DNA of 64,000 bases from the human T2T-CHM13v2.0 reference genome, Homo sapiens (GCF_009914755.1 NC_060936.1); one strand, 5' to 3'; counted from the first letter of the stretch, positions 33,591-47,550 are shown. Translations and numbers: made by a program. Notes: generated by a model not told the origin, from the sequence alone.

Positions 33591-35284
33591 TTATTCATTA
33601 ATGTCCGAATACATTCTACCACACCAGTGTTTAGAGAAATTAAACTATGGCATTCACGTTTGCCTGAGACAACAGTTAGTTATTCCCACCATGAAGATGG
33701 CTTTCTTCAATTGGTCTCCTTTTATCTAATCAGTCTTACTTCCTTCCAGGCCTGCATTCCTCTTTCCATCTCCTCTTTTTCTGCTCTCTTCTCTTAACAC
33801 TTTTTCTGCTCTCTTGCTTTCTCTTTGCAAAAACCTGTCCCTCATACAAGCATTACTGAGCCACACAGGCAGCATTCAAGACTAGATTTTTCATTATCTG
33901 TACCAAAGATTCTCATCATGTAAATCTCACCACTTGACTGCCCCCCAAAAAACTCTAATTTTGACTTTATTTATTACTTTCATGTCAAGTCTCTATTCCG
34001 TCATAAAACATTTTTATCTTAAAAGCCAAAACCTGAAGAATCGTTTAGCCAACAGCAACACCATCTGATTCACCATTTGAAGTTCATTAACTGTGTTCTC
34101 ATTCTAGCCCCATTACTTATTTATCACTTCCCATTAGCTGAAAATCCACTCTCAAAACTAAAGGCCATAGGGAAATGTATTATTTGCATGTATGCTCATC
34201 TCTGTGCCAAACAGAATTTCTATTTCCAAAAATGGTATAAAAATAGTTTGAAAGTAGAAGTTTAATGGATAAAATGGAACAAAACTTAAAAGAAAAGCCA
34301 CATTGACCCATTATTGTTTATTACAAGCTGTTTGTACACCCATGGAGTAATATGAGGCATAGAAAACACCAGTACTCAACAAGATTTTTCTTAGCCAAAG
34401 TAGATAGTTACCAGAGACAATGTTTGTTTATATCTATCTTATTTAATATAATTTTCATACTTTTTTATAGAGGATAATAAAAAGACATTCAAATTAATGG
34501 AAAGACAAAATGTGGTGGTTTATGAAATAAGCTTTGGAATCAGACCTACTATCTGTGTGATCATATGAAAACACACTTAGTTTCATCTCAAAATGGTGAT
34601 GACAATTTTCATCTCCATAAGACTGTTGTGAAAATTATATGAGAATATGTCAAGTACTTAGCATAGAACATGGCACATAGTAAACAGTTAAAATTAGCTA
34701 TTAACATTACTATTTTTAGAGCCCAGGTTGATATACCCTTACCATGGTTGACATGCAAAATCTAAACTTCATGGTCCTCTGCAACTCATCTCTGGTAAAA
34801 CTGTACGACCACTTGCAAGCACCCATTTCACTATGGCTTTCACCTTATTCTGTGTGCTCATCTGAATTACAGGCTACCACTAGAACTGTGCAGAAAATAA
34901 AGCAGCCCTCCTCTCAGAAAAAGGTTATTTTTTAAATCAAACTTGTAATACACATTCACTGAAAAAAAAAATATCATCTCTGATGTCATTATTAAACCTC
35001 GTGTCTTCCAGCCTGGAAGATATCAGACTAGGCCTTAGGTAAATGGTTAAATGATAAAGTTGTAACAACAGTAAAGTCATCATCATCATAATAAGGACAA
35101 AATAAAGAAGGAGAAAATAACCATGCCAGAAAAGAGTAAGAGCAAGAAAGTAAGAACAAGAGAGTAAATCAATTTAAAATTTGAAACTGGGAAATAAAAG
35201 GAGAAGCAGTTCTGCTGAACATAATCCAGACCTGAAAGTGCATTATAGGAAAGAAGAAAAAGATAAACCCCTCAATCAAACTCA

Positions 35285-35430
35285 AATCACGTTCTAGCCC
35301 TGGCCGGACCCCTATGGTCAGCTGATGTGTTTACAAGAAATGTACAAGTCTGCATTAGTTCCTAATTAGGTTAGGATGGCTGCCAAAGAAAATAGCCGTA
35401 TTTTTAAACGTATGGTTATGGTTACAAATG
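35285..35430. promoter_or_regulatory. Candidate enhancer (unique, CpG-retaining, motif-dense)
   Basis: CAGCTG 35319-35324, TGTTTAC 35328-35334, CCTAATTAGG 35361-35370, MEF2-like GTATTTTTAA 35398-35407. Confidence 0.35.
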
Positions 35431-35700
35431 GATACCAAAAGCCTTGACACTTAAGTGTCCATGACAATAGCCCCCAACTGAATCTCCCTAATTGGTCCCC
35501 CAAGGTTGAACCAGAAACATGTTTTATTCCCACAGAAGCCTGCCCTCAAGCCTGCCCTAGAAGCCACAGCATCTAGAAAATGGCACAACATCAACTCATT
35601 AAATTCAGTGACATGAATAACTTGGGTTGGTATGAAGGCAAAAAGTAATTGATTTAAAAGAATTGTGGATTTTATTATTCTATTTACCTCTAGCACTCAC

Positions 35701-35821
35701 CTGCTAAGAATGTCCTTTGATAGTGGTTTCTTTACAAATCTTGGATGTTTATTCAGGAAGAAAATAAAATTAACTGCCTCTATATAAAATGTGGACCCCT
35801 TTTTGTCCCACACAAGCCATT
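35701..35821 (-). ncRNA. Candidate internal exon (121 nt), minus strand
   Basis: Acceptor attattttatttctcag|A and donor CAG|gtgagt. Confidence 0.35.
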
Positions 35822-36574
35822 CTGAGAAATAAAATAATTGACTAAATTACCCAAATCAGATTAAATTGTCCTTTCAGTTTAATTTATTCTTATAAAGCAG
35901 GTCAATAAATAATAAGATTATACCATTTGGAATCATCATCAGTGGCATCGCCTCCAATGAATCATGCAGATGGAATTCTTGCAGATTACAAATCTAAACC
36001 CAATGTGTCTTATAATCCAACAAAATGTCATCAAAAGGCTCAAGGAATCCCTTTTTACACTGCACTGCCAAGGAAAAAAGTGGGAAAAATCTAAAGTGTC
36101 TGGAGAGCAGAGAAATCCTCTTGAACCACTCATGCCAAATAGCACATATATTTTATGTAGACATAATTTTTCTGCCATTTATTTTCCCAAGTTAAATGTT
36201 TGTCTTTAATGAGCCTTAAGAATATTGAAAATGGCATTTATTGTTAATGAAAATTCCTTCCTTCCTCCTGCAAAATTCAGTGCTGGATCAAAAGTAGTAA
36301 GTGGAATATCATGCAAATGCAATGAACCGTTATTCCTCACTCCAGAATTATATCAGGAGACCACTGGAATATTGCATTCATTTAAGATGGGTACATTGTC
36401 CACAATACAAAAATATTAATGTCATTTCTACTTAAATGTTATAGGGATCCAGCCCAACAAACCCATGGGAATTCCTGTAAACTCAATTTCACGCTCTCAA
36501 GAAAGATAAAGGGAACTACATGATCCTAGGGCTGAATAAAGTGTCTTATGTTCATCAGTTGCCTAAAATCCTGG

Positions 36575-36800
36575 CTCCCAATTAGGGGCCATTTGCATCC
36601 CAAGAGACATTTGGCAATTTCTGCAAATATTTTTGGTTGTCACAACTGGGAGGAGAAGAGGTGCTATTGGCATTTAGTAGGCAGAAACCAGGAACATTGC
36701 TAAACATTGTATAATACACAGCACAGCAACACCACCACCCCTCAAAAAGCATAAAAATCATGTGATCCAATATGTCAACAGCTCAGAAAACAACATCCCT
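36575..36800 (+). mobile_element. MER20 (hAT-Charlie)
   Basis: gacatttggcaat...atttttggttgtcacaactggg...gtgctattggcatttagtagg. Confidence 0.85.
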
Positions 36801-38299
36801 GAGTCATTGTAAGAAATATTCTACATATATGGGAATACAATAGTTTCATTTTTTTGGTCAGCATCATCATCCAAATCCTCAAAGCATTATCTTAATATTA
36901 ACAACAAAATAGATCATGTGTATCGAGCTGTTTCTTTATATGGTCTCTGCTATCCAGAGTTTTTTTCATACATAGTTTAATCCTCCCAGCGGCCCACTAA
37001 TAAAAAAACTGTTGATTGTCACCATTTTACAGTCCAGAAAAATGAGGCAGAGGGAATTTGTGACCCACCCAGTTCACATAACTACAAAGAAGTGGAATGC
37101 AAACCCAGGTCTATCTAACTTCAGAAACAAACCCTTAATGCACACTGGCCCCCACCCCCAAATTAGTAAAATAAATGGAAACCTGAGGAGAAAACTTAGA
37201 GGCAAAAATAGAAAGACAGGATTTTTTTAAAAAATGAGCTGCTAGATGAGGTTAACTTGATGTTAACACCCCCAGTACCACTATTCAGTCTCTTTTCTTT
37301 CAATACATGTAATGACTAGAAACAGCCCAAGTTGCATATATTGAATTAACCCAATTTCCTTCTGGGTAGTTCTCCAAGCCTTATTTTATAGTTAAAAAAA
37401 ATCCATGTCTAAACTAATTCAGAACTGACTTGTGTACATAAAAATAACTAATATTTTCCATGGAATCTTGAAGCAAGATTCTGGGCCTGATTGTGTTGAG
37501 TGTGTGAGGCGCAGCAGGCTACCTAGTCTTCTAACTATTTTGTTTTGTGTGGGAGACCCGATTAGAACTATTCTATACTGGCTTTGGCATCGTAACCCAA
37601 CTTAGGCTAAACAAGACGGTAGGGTGGGCCCCTGCAGGCACTAGCATTTCAAGAACACACACACAGACACAACTGTAATTTGAAATGGAAACAGCTAATT
37701 GTTGCCATCTGTGTCTGAGTAAAGTGTCCTTCATCATCGGTATGGGGGCAGAATTGAGGAGATAAGGGAAGCATAGATAAGTTATGTAAAAGAAAAAGGG
37801 TCAAAAATATTCTTCACAGGAGGGCAATAAGTGGTTGTTTTTAACTAGCTGGTAAGAACATCCAGGCACAATAAAAAAGCAGAGTTGACAGCAGCATACC
37901 ATAGCTGGGCCTTCAACTTAATGGTTAATAAAAACACAGTAGTGGTAATTTTTTAAGTATTGCATAAGAGTGTTTTTTTAACAAAGGCTCATAAGATTGG
38001 AAGTAAATGAGACAAGTGTTTCTAAACTATTTAGCTCTGCTTCACTCCAAATGGATTTTCATTATTCTATGATTATTCTACCAAAGTCCTGATTTTACCA
38101 TTATCCCTTGTATATCCCTCTATTACAGCCCTCATCACACAGCATTGCATTGGTCTACTAATTTATTGTCTTCTTCATTAGGCTGTGAATCTCTTGAGAA
38201 CAGTAACTAGTCCATGTTTATACTGTTATCCCCAGGACATAGTATGGCATTTGGCATATAGTAGGTGCCTAAGACGATATTAACAAATACAGTAATGTC

Positions 38300-39830
38300 A
38301 TCTTGAGGAAGATCCTAGGAATACAGAACAAGCTTATTTCTGTTAAATATTTCTTATTAATGACTTGGATGATGACATAGAAGGGTTGGTACTATTTTTA
38401 AATGGCACAAGAATGGAAGGGTTAGCTAAATATGTTAGATGACAGAAATAGAATTAAAATATATCTCTATAGGTTTGACTATTTGGCCCAAACTAATAGG
38501 ATGGAATTTAGCAGAGACAAATGTAAAATCCTGCACTTCGGTTTAAACACTCAGTTGTGCAAATACAAGCCAACGTTGTCTCAGTTTAGTGCTACTTTAT
38601 ATGACAAAGTTTCAGGGATTTTACTGACAGAAATTTTGGTACAAGCCAAGTGCATGACTGGCTGCTGGAAAAGCTAATGTGATCTTAGGCTACCTTAGCT
38701 GAAGTGTGCTATTTACAATTCGCAGCCTGCCTAATTAGAAAGTGGTTTGAAGTGGCTATTAGTTTTGGTGTAACACATAGAACAAGAAAGAGGGCCTGCT
38801 GCACTTAGCATTGTTGTGCCATATCAGTGCCCTGTGATCAGCTCTAGGTACCACATTTAAGAGGGATATTGAAAAGCTGCAGCATCTGATGATGACTCCT
38901 GCCAATTGGAAGAATCTCCAGAAACCAAATGCTATGCTCCTATGCTGGACAGCTGAAAAAACTTGAAATGTTTAGGCTGGAGAAGGAAAGGCTTTCCTTG
39001 AATATTTTAATAACTGAATGTAGAAAATGTGCCCCATTCCCTATCTTGCTATTTCCACGAATAGGACCATCTGACTACCATTTTTATTGTCATTAAACAT
39101 CTCTAATGCACACTATCTGGAGACATGAATCCTGTTCCTACTAAAGGAAAGCCCAAATAACCCTGATTTAGTTGTGACACATTTGGATGTCACATTTAGT
39201 TGCAACAACTCAGTTGTGTCGGGGCCAAGTGAAATTGTTGGTGATCTCACATTAATTTTATGGACTCGCCCCTGTGACCAATCTCCCCATTTCCCATTTC
39301 AGCATCTGAGCTCTTGTTTGTTCTCCATGCTTTGATCACCTTCCTGACGATGTTGCCACCTGCCTGCCTCCTGCCTGGGATTTCTGAGTTTGATCCTTCC
39401 GAAGGCTTCCTGTCACTGTGCTGGGACAGATATCATCTTGAGGACCTCCTTCATGGGTCACTGTTGACCCTGGAGACTGTGTTCCTCATGCCGGGCTCAT
39501 GAACATATCTCATCTCCAGGTCCCATACACTCCCACGGTGGCTTTGCCGGTGCCTTCCTATGCTGATAATCTCTGTGACTCAGAAGGCTTAATTGATCAT
39601 GTGAAGAGAAACTAAGTAGAGAAGTGTTTTTTTTTTTCTTTTATTCAGTTACAAGGAAGATGTTTCTAATAGTCCAAACGTTTTTAAAAACGGGATAAGC
39701 TGCCTTGTGAGAGGGGAAGTTCACTGTCACCAGGAACTTTTATAAAGCCTGGGAATAATTGGTCTCCAATGCCATGAAAAGATTTCTGCATTGTTAGCAA
39801 ACTGAACTGGAGTGATTCTAAGGATAGAAT
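38300..39830 (+). mobile_element. L3/CR1 LINE remnant (RT and C-terminal region ~38300-39020; 3' part ~39630-39830)
   Basis: ORF 38432 LDDRNRIK...TNRMEFSRDKCKILHFG matches the CR1 RT; downstream KAN-ILG, RDIEKL and MFRLEK-like segments. Confidence 0.8.
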
Positions 39831-40099
39831 ATCTCAAGATTTAGTGTACAAAAAGTCAGCCAGACAACTTGTTTTAAAAAATGTAGAATTCCCAGAATTC
39901 AGTAAGTCCAGATTGAAGTACAAGAATCAGCATTTCAGACAAATCCACTCCTCTTCCCTCTCCACCCTAGGTGATTCCAATGCATGTGAATGTGAGTCAT
40001 ACTTTTTAAAACATTCTTCACAGAAGGGCAACCAGAGTCTCCTCCTACTCTGTATTAAGGGCTTCACTTATTTTTCTTAATTAAGATGTAACAGAGTTC

Positions 40100-40350
40100 T
40101 GTGGGAGTTATGGCATAATTATTAAGAACCTGGGAACAAAAACCAGGCTGCCAAGGTTCTTGCCTCTCCTACTTCATAAACCTCTGACTCTCCTACTTCA
40201 TAAACCTCTCTCTGTCTTAATTTCCCCATCTACAAAATGGGATTTATATTAGTAATGACCTCATAGGGTTGTAATGAGGATTTAATCAATCAATTCATGT
40301 AAAGTGCTTAGAACAGCTCCCAGCTCACAGTAAATATTCAATATTATGAT
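40100..40350 (+). mobile_element. MIR with a 24-bp tandem duplication (40164-40209)
   Basis: tttccccatctacaaaatggg...cctcatagggttgtaatgaggattta...gtaaagtgcttagaacag; ctctcctacttcataaacctct occurs twice. Confidence 0.85.
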
Positions 40351-41784
40351 TACTATGAGGTAGTATTGTAGTTCCTTCATTGTACATTTAAAGAAATTGA
40401 GGCTCAAGGAAATAAAGTCAGTTTGCCTCAGATCCTTCAGCTAGTAATGACCTCAGTCCATTTGTCTCCAAAGATTATACATTATCTGCTCCTCCCAATT
40501 CTGTGATTCTATAATCGTATCAGCCAAAGCGATCACTATTGATAGTTTTGGGTAGAAACTGATTCCAAAGATGGCCATATGCATATGGGGGATAGAGAGA
40601 TACCTATCTAAAGTTCCACCATGAATTATTTTACAAATAAGAAAACTGAGGCTTAGGGAGTAAATGATTTTGACAAGGATCCATATCAAGAAAGTGACAG
40701 ACTCAAAATTTGGACCTATGCTTCTTCCACCAGCAAATTGGAGTTCTCTTTGCTATTTCACAATACCTACCCTGTGGCTATAACCTAGAGCCAGTTACTG
40801 ACCACCTGGAATATTCTCCTCATTCTAGTAAACACAAATGCTTTAAAAACAAAGGAAACAACAAAAGTGGAATGCAGGCTGGAACTAGTTCTTGTGAAAA
40901 CACACTGCCATCCACAAACATAGAAACAGCATACTTCCTAACAATTATATTTTTGTCACATAGCCACAGCCTGAAAGACTTATCTAACAATCAACATTTC
41001 AAGAGTAACCAAAGACAGCACTATAATGGAAGAGAGGAAGAATTTGACTCTAAAAGACAAATGTCATAAATTGGCGTAGAAAGAATTGGCTTTGGAAATG
41101 AGCATCTTTATGTTAGAGGCTCTTCCTCTGCCACTTTCTAGAAGTTGACTTGCCCTTTCTGAAATTCAGTTTCCTCATTTACAGAAATGGGGCTGATGTT
41201 GTTTACCTCACGGAGTATAAGGAGTGAAATGATAACAATGCAGGCAAGGCCCCTAGCACGATACTTGTCACACAAAAAGTGTTCAGTGATGGTGGCTGCC
41301 AATCGGAACCTCCAAGACTGTCATGATTGGGAAACAGTGTTTATCTCAAGATACCAGGGAACCCATATAAACATATGGGCAGGAAAATGGAAGTTCAGGA
41401 CACTGTTTAAGAGGGTAGAGAGAAAAGTTCACAGTCTGCAAGCATTGCAGCACATCTTGTGATAGAACTCTTCTCAAGAAAGAATTTGTAGGACCTAAAA
41501 TTACCATGGTTCTCTGTCCACTAAGGCATTTCTTTGTAAACATTCTTAGTATGGCTGTCTTAATGACATGTAATCATTTCATATAATCTCCTCTTGGACA
41601 GAGAGTTTGTTTTACATATCTTTCTATTCCTAATGCTATTTCAGTATCAATACTCAAAATAGGCTTTATTGAATTTATGAATAAAAGGTTTAATTAATTA
41701 ATCAATTAATGTCATTTGGCCTACCACAAAGGAAACATAACATATACAAGTCCTTACAGTAAATGCACTCAGAGACTTCCTAAT

Positions 41785-42085
41785 CTAGGGATCAGCAAAC
41801 TTTCTCTATAAAGGGATAGATAGTAAATATTTTTGGTTTTGAGGGGAATATAGTCTCTGTCATGTACACTCAACTTTGCCATTGTAACAAGAAAATGGCC
41901 ACAGGTAACTGCAAAAATGAATGAATGTGTCTGTGAGATTTATGAACACTAAAATTTAAATTTCACATAACTTTCATGTGGCATAAAATATTCTTTTTAT
42001 GTTTTTCAACCATTTAAAAATGTAAAAATCAGTTCCTACAAAAATAAGTGGGCTGTAATTTGTTGATCCCCAGGTTCCAGTCCAT
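41785..42085 (+). mobile_element. MER58 (hAT-Charlie)
   Basis: agggatcagcaaactttctctataaaggg...atagtaaatatttt...actcaactttgccattgta. Confidence 0.8.
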
Positions 42086-42775
42086 GCTACAATCATCTGA
42101 GAATGTTTCCATACAGAGCTACTTCCAATTATTTCTGATAAGATTGAATCTAAAGTCACTTCTCCAAAACTACCAAATTGTTTTTTACATAGAACCAAAT
42201 TCAAAATATATACAAATGGTAACTATATTCTTATTTTCAAATTCCTATGGTTAACCTGATATGCCTGCATCATAATACAAGCATGAGGGTCTTTATTGCA
42301 GATATGATTTAGGAAAGTGCACTCTGTTAACAGATCTAGTCCCTTGAACTTAAGCATTTCTTCCTCTAAATGATATTTTATTGGAAAATCAATGGTTATT
42401 CCATAAATATAAGGTTCATAAAATATGCATCAGGATCTTCCTGAAACTAAATTTCATGATATATATTTTGTTTATTTTAAACTCATACATATAATCTGAA
42501 TGAACTAACCTTATATGTTTATAAAGTTCAGATAATTATCCACATTGCTATTTATGCTGCATTTCTGTCATCTCTGGCTCTGTCTCCTACAAAATGTCAT
42601 GCGAGAAAAACAGGAACAGGATATCTGTGAGATTTAAATATCTCCTAATCTAGTTAGTTTATATATCAGCTATTGAAAGCAAAGTGAAAACCAAGACAAT
42701 AAATAATGAGACAATCTTTAGCTATTTTAAAAACCAAACAAGTACAGTCTTATCACTTGTGTTCATTTTGATTTT

Positions 42776-42944
42776 AAATTTGCCAGGTGTGGTGGCACAC
42801 ACCTGTAGTCCCAGCTACTCAGAAGGCTGAGGCAGGAGAATCACTTGAACCAGGAGGCAGAGGTTGCAGTGAGCGGAGATCATGCCACTGCACTCCAGCC
42901 TGGGTGACAGAGTGAGACGTCGTTAAAAAGGAAAAAAAAAAAAA
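42776..42944 (+). mobile_element. Alu right monomer (5'-truncated Alu)
   Basis: gccaggtgtggtggcacacacctgtagtcccagc...gacagagtgagac followed by an A tail. Confidence 0.93.
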
Positions 42945-43082
42945 GCATTATTTATGGTTTGCTGTGGGAAAAGGCATACTCTTACAAGAGCTAATCTTAG
43001 TGCCTAAAATGTAGAAGAAGAGTAGGGAAAATTCACTTAAAATGATTGTTTGGAGCCCATCTCAACATCATCACTGACTCAC

Positions 43083-43214
43083 CTGAACTTTGGGAAGTTA
43101 AAAACTCCCCAAGTCACAGTTTCCCCTTTGTTAACTTTTCATAGAAATTCTTTTGTTCATGTGCTGGTGATTCAGAGAATACTTTAATGCCACATCTGTA
43201 TAAGAGCAGCAAAG
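43083..43214 (-). ncRNA. Candidate internal exon (132 nt), minus strand
   Basis: Acceptor cctcttttttttttttcccttggctttcacccag|C and donor CAG|gtgagt. Confidence 0.35.
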
Positions 43215-45466
43215 CTGGGTGAAAGCCAAGGGAAAAAAAAAAAAGAGGCCCATTGACCAGAGGTTACATTTCTGCCCCAAGAGTCAGGAGTAATAATTCC
43301 AGATCTCTGCAGTTAAATAAGTCACCAGAGTCAGTCTGAGTGGCTATTGTTGCCTGTTGCTTACTCATTTTTAAATACTAATTCAAGTTGACCAAGCATA
43401 TATGTGTATATATACATGTATATGTATGTTACACAACAATTGATACCTAAAATAACCCTAGTTATCTAGTGTTATAATATTTTTAGAGCTATGTCTTCCA
43501 AGACTTCCAAAAGTTCATAGAATGTTTATCTCCTTCTCTTGGTTCTTGTGACACTTTTAGTGTACCTGTTGGGTTTCTAGCATTTATTCTTTTCCCTAGA
43601 GTTTCTAACTTTCTAAGAGTTCTAAAATCTTAATGTTTTACATTATCTATTTGCCTTACAAATTAATATCAATTTTATTTTTTCTACTATTGTAATTATT
43701 TGAAGTAGTATGTGCTCAATGTAAAAACACAGAAAAACAAAAATTAATCATCTTCTCCAGCCTCCAACCAACCTCTTCTGGAGACATTAATATTTCATAT
43801 TAATATTCCACTGTATAATATTCCACAAATAAATCTATTAAAATATTTCCAGCCATTCTCTAAATTGATAAACATTCATATTTTTCTCATGTTTTGCATC
43901 TCTTCTAAACCCCAACCAATTCCATCCAAAGATTATCAGTGTTGCCTTTTTGATATCTATCCTCTCTCACCTGTCTCTATATACATTGAGGTGTACACCA
44001 ACCTATATACCCATGTATTAATTTTTGTTTACTTCATTTTTGACAAAATTTAAGCAAAATATATTATTTCATTAAAACTTACTTCGTTTCATTTAAAAAT
44101 GAATTGCGGACATGCTTGCATATAAATAAATTGATCTTATTCTATTTTGATGGCTGCACAATAATCCGCAAAGTGATTGTATTAAGATATTTCCAGTCAT
44201 TCTCTAACTTGAACATTCAGATTTTTTTCCATGTTTTCCACTGCAAACATCCATATGCATATTTTTTCATGCGCTTGTGCAAATATTCTCTAGGACATAT
44301 TTCCAAAGAGGAATTTGCTGTCAAGTAACTTTCCTGACAGGTTAAATGCGTTCACTCCAAGTGTATGTGAATACTGATGCTATCAAATTCTTTAATGTTT
44401 CTCAATAGCATGAGGGGAAAATTATATTTTTTTACTGCTTCAAGCACTTTTTGACTACTAATGAGATTAATCATATTTTCAAATATTTATTGGCCACTTG
44501 ACTTTATTATTATTTTTCAGTTAGGTTATCTTTTTAAATCAATGTATGGTAATGCTTTACATGTTTGAAATAGTAACACCTTCTCTGTCATTAAGTATCA
44601 AATATATTTCCTCTGAATCTCTCATTTGACTTTTTATGATGTAGTTCAATGTATAGAAAAATATTTTCTTTCATAGTCATCCATTTATCTCTTCCCTTAA
44701 GGTCTCTATTGTTCTTTCTTTCCTAAAGAACTTTTCATTTTTACTTTCTTTTGTAGCTAGCCCTTTAATGTATTTGTGGGGTCTTTTGTATAACACATCA
44801 TGTAAGAACATAATTTTGTGTTTTCCAACTAGATTGGGAAATCAATTCTGCCACCACTATTTACTGAATATATCATTCTTTCCCTACTGAATTGAAATGG
44901 CATCTTCACATTAGGTTCCACTATATGCATGAACTCTCTAGTTAGTTCTGTGATCTACTTATCTACTTCTATACCAAAATCATACAGGTTTGATGATAAT
45001 AGCTTTGAAACAAGTTTTGATATCTGGTTATGCCAAGACCCCATTACTAATATTATTCTAAAAATTGTTGGCAATTCTGCAACATTTATTCCAGATGAAC
45101 TTCTGTTTTGTCCTATTTTTAACAACATGTGAAAATTCTGATTGAATAAAAGCTTTATATATTCATTTTTGAATGACTGATATTTTTATAATACTAATTT
45201 TTAAAATTCTGAAACAAGACATGTCTCTTAATTTATTTAAAACGTTCAATAATATTTTATAATTTTTGTGCAGGATATGTGCAGGATATGTCTGCACATA
45301 TCCTGAAGCCTTCTTTTAAATACATTTCTTCCTTTCTAACTGATTATTAATATAAAGAAAAGCAATTTATTTGCTTTTCCAATAATCTTATACCTTCTAC
45401 TTTATTAAATTATAATACCTTTAGTTATATCACTTGGATTATATGCAAATAATAATGTTCTATGTT

Positions 45467-45633
45467 GTCATGGTTCTATAGTGTCTTCTAGGCCCTGCTT
45501 ATAATATTTAAACTTGTTCATGTCACAGTTATTTAATATTTGTTGTTTATTGTCTTGAATGCTTCTGCATAGCTGCTGCCCAAATAGATGATCCAACAAA
45601 TGATTCACAAACAATAACAGGATGAAATTATGC
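45467..45633 (+). repeat. Inserted 167-bp copy of 47551-47717
   Basis: Ungapped alignment with about 17 mismatches counted by eye; interrupts the old L1M. Confidence 0.92.
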
Positions 45634-45753
45634 AAATAAAGATGTTTGTCTCTTTTAATATTTATGCTTTTTTTTTCTTGTCTCATTGCTTTATTTAGAA
45701 CCTCCAAAATATCACTTAATAATGAAGATAACTGAGTATCTTAGTCTCACTTT

Positions 45754-46405
45754 ATCTTTTCAATTTTACTTTAAATTCTGGGGGATACATGTGCAGAATG
45801 TGCAGGTTTGTTACGTAGGTATGCTTGTGGCATGGTGGTTTGCTGCACCTACTGAGCCGTCCTCTATTTCCCTCCCCTCGCCCCCCACCCCACCAGGCCC
45901 CAGTGTGTGTTGTTTCCTTCCCTGTGTCCATATGTTTTCATTGTTCAACTCCCACTTATGAGTGTTTTATGTTCCTGTGTCAGTTTGCTGAGGATATGGC
46001 TTCCAGCTTCACCCATGTCCCTGCAAAGGACATTATCTCATTCTTTTTTATGGCTGCATAGTATTCCATGGTGTATATGTACCAGATTTTCATTATCTAG
46101 TCTATCACTGATGGGCATTTGGGTTGGTTCCACGTCTTTGCAATTGTAAATAGCGCTGCAATAAACATACATGTGCCTGTGTCTTTACAGTAGAATGATT
46201 TATATTCCCTTGGGTATATACTTAGTAATGGGATTGCTGTGTCAAGTGGTATTTCTGGTTCTAGATCCTTGAGGAAACACCATACTGTCTTCCACAATGG
46301 TTGAACTTATATTTACATTCCCACCAACAGTGTAAAAGCATTCCTGTTTCTCCACAGCCTCACCAGCATCTATTGTTTCTTGACTTTTTAATAATTGCCA
46401 TTCTG
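45754..46405 (-). mobile_element. Older L1PA 3' end with TSD
   Basis: gatacatgtgcagaatgtgcaggtttgttac...; ORF 46097-46297 is the ORF2 C-terminus; TSD ttagtc(t/c)cacttt at 45741-45753 and 46406-46418. Confidence 0.92.
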
Positions 46406-47550
46406 TTAGTCCCACTTTTAATGATAAGAATTCTAGTATTTTATTGTTTATTATGATGCACGCTATTGAGATTTTTAATAGTTTTATTATGTGGTGATCA
46501 TTTTCTCTGTCTCCATTTTACTTATCATTTTATTAGGAATGCAGCTAAATTTAAGTGATTTTTAAGACTCAATAAAATGATATTGCTTTATTCTTCTTTC
46601 ATTTGAAAATGAGATGAATTATGTTGCTGCCCTTTTTCTTATTGAGCCTTCCTTTCATTCCTGGAGTGCAACTTGCTTTGTTTTGTTATTCCTTTAAAAA
46701 ACTCTAAATTTGAGTTACTTATATGGATCTAGTTCTAAAATGTTTATACTGTCAGTATTATTTCCATATTAAGGTTATGCTAGCTAAGTAAAATGTTGTG
46801 TGTGCTTTCTCTGTGATCTTGAGTTATTGCTTTATGCATGACTCATCTCTTTTTGAATGTTACCTAGGACACAGGTATAAAACCATCTGGACCTAATACG
46901 TTTAAAAATACTGAGAGTTCTATAACAAACTTTTATAGCAACATTTCTAATTTTTTCTGCAGCCATTGGTCTGTTTAGGTTTTCTCTTTTATATGGTAAA
47001 ATCTAGCATTTATGTTTTGCTTGATAAAACTTTTTCTTTCTAATTTATAACCAGACAGTTCCACATACTTTCTTAAAATTCTGTTAATATCAATGACATC
47101 TATAATTATATTTTCTTTATTATATCTAATATTACATGTTTTTCTTTGTTCATAAGTCAGAAATCCAGGAAGTTACCTGATATATTTTTAATAATAAAAT
47201 ATATCAAATAAAATGAGGAGATAAATAATAACTCTCTTAAAGATCCCATTCATATGAGATAGATAACTTGTTATAGTAATCAAAAATTTTTTTTTTCTTC
47301 CCTGACATAGTAAGAAATCAACCCAGGCAAGGATGGCACAATAGACTAGTTTAATTTCTTAACCCAATCAGGTAACCTTGGATTTTATTTAGTTATTTTG
47401 GCCAACTGGGGGTTGGTACAACATGTTTCCACTTCATGTTATTTATTATAGGTGAGGTGGAATAATCTAAGCTAAAAGAAAAGGCATCCTGGCCTTCTAA
47501 AACAGACTTGGGGAAGTATTATCTTCTTGATCAGGCCTGAGAAATCTTTT

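Larger units (their letters stand above)
43900..47160 (-). mobile_element. Very old L1M (ME/MD) remnant, interrupted by later insertions
   Basis: Degenerate antisense L1: tatttattggccacttg; ctttccctactga; aaaccatctggaccta; attggtctgtttaggttttct. Confidence 0.7.
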
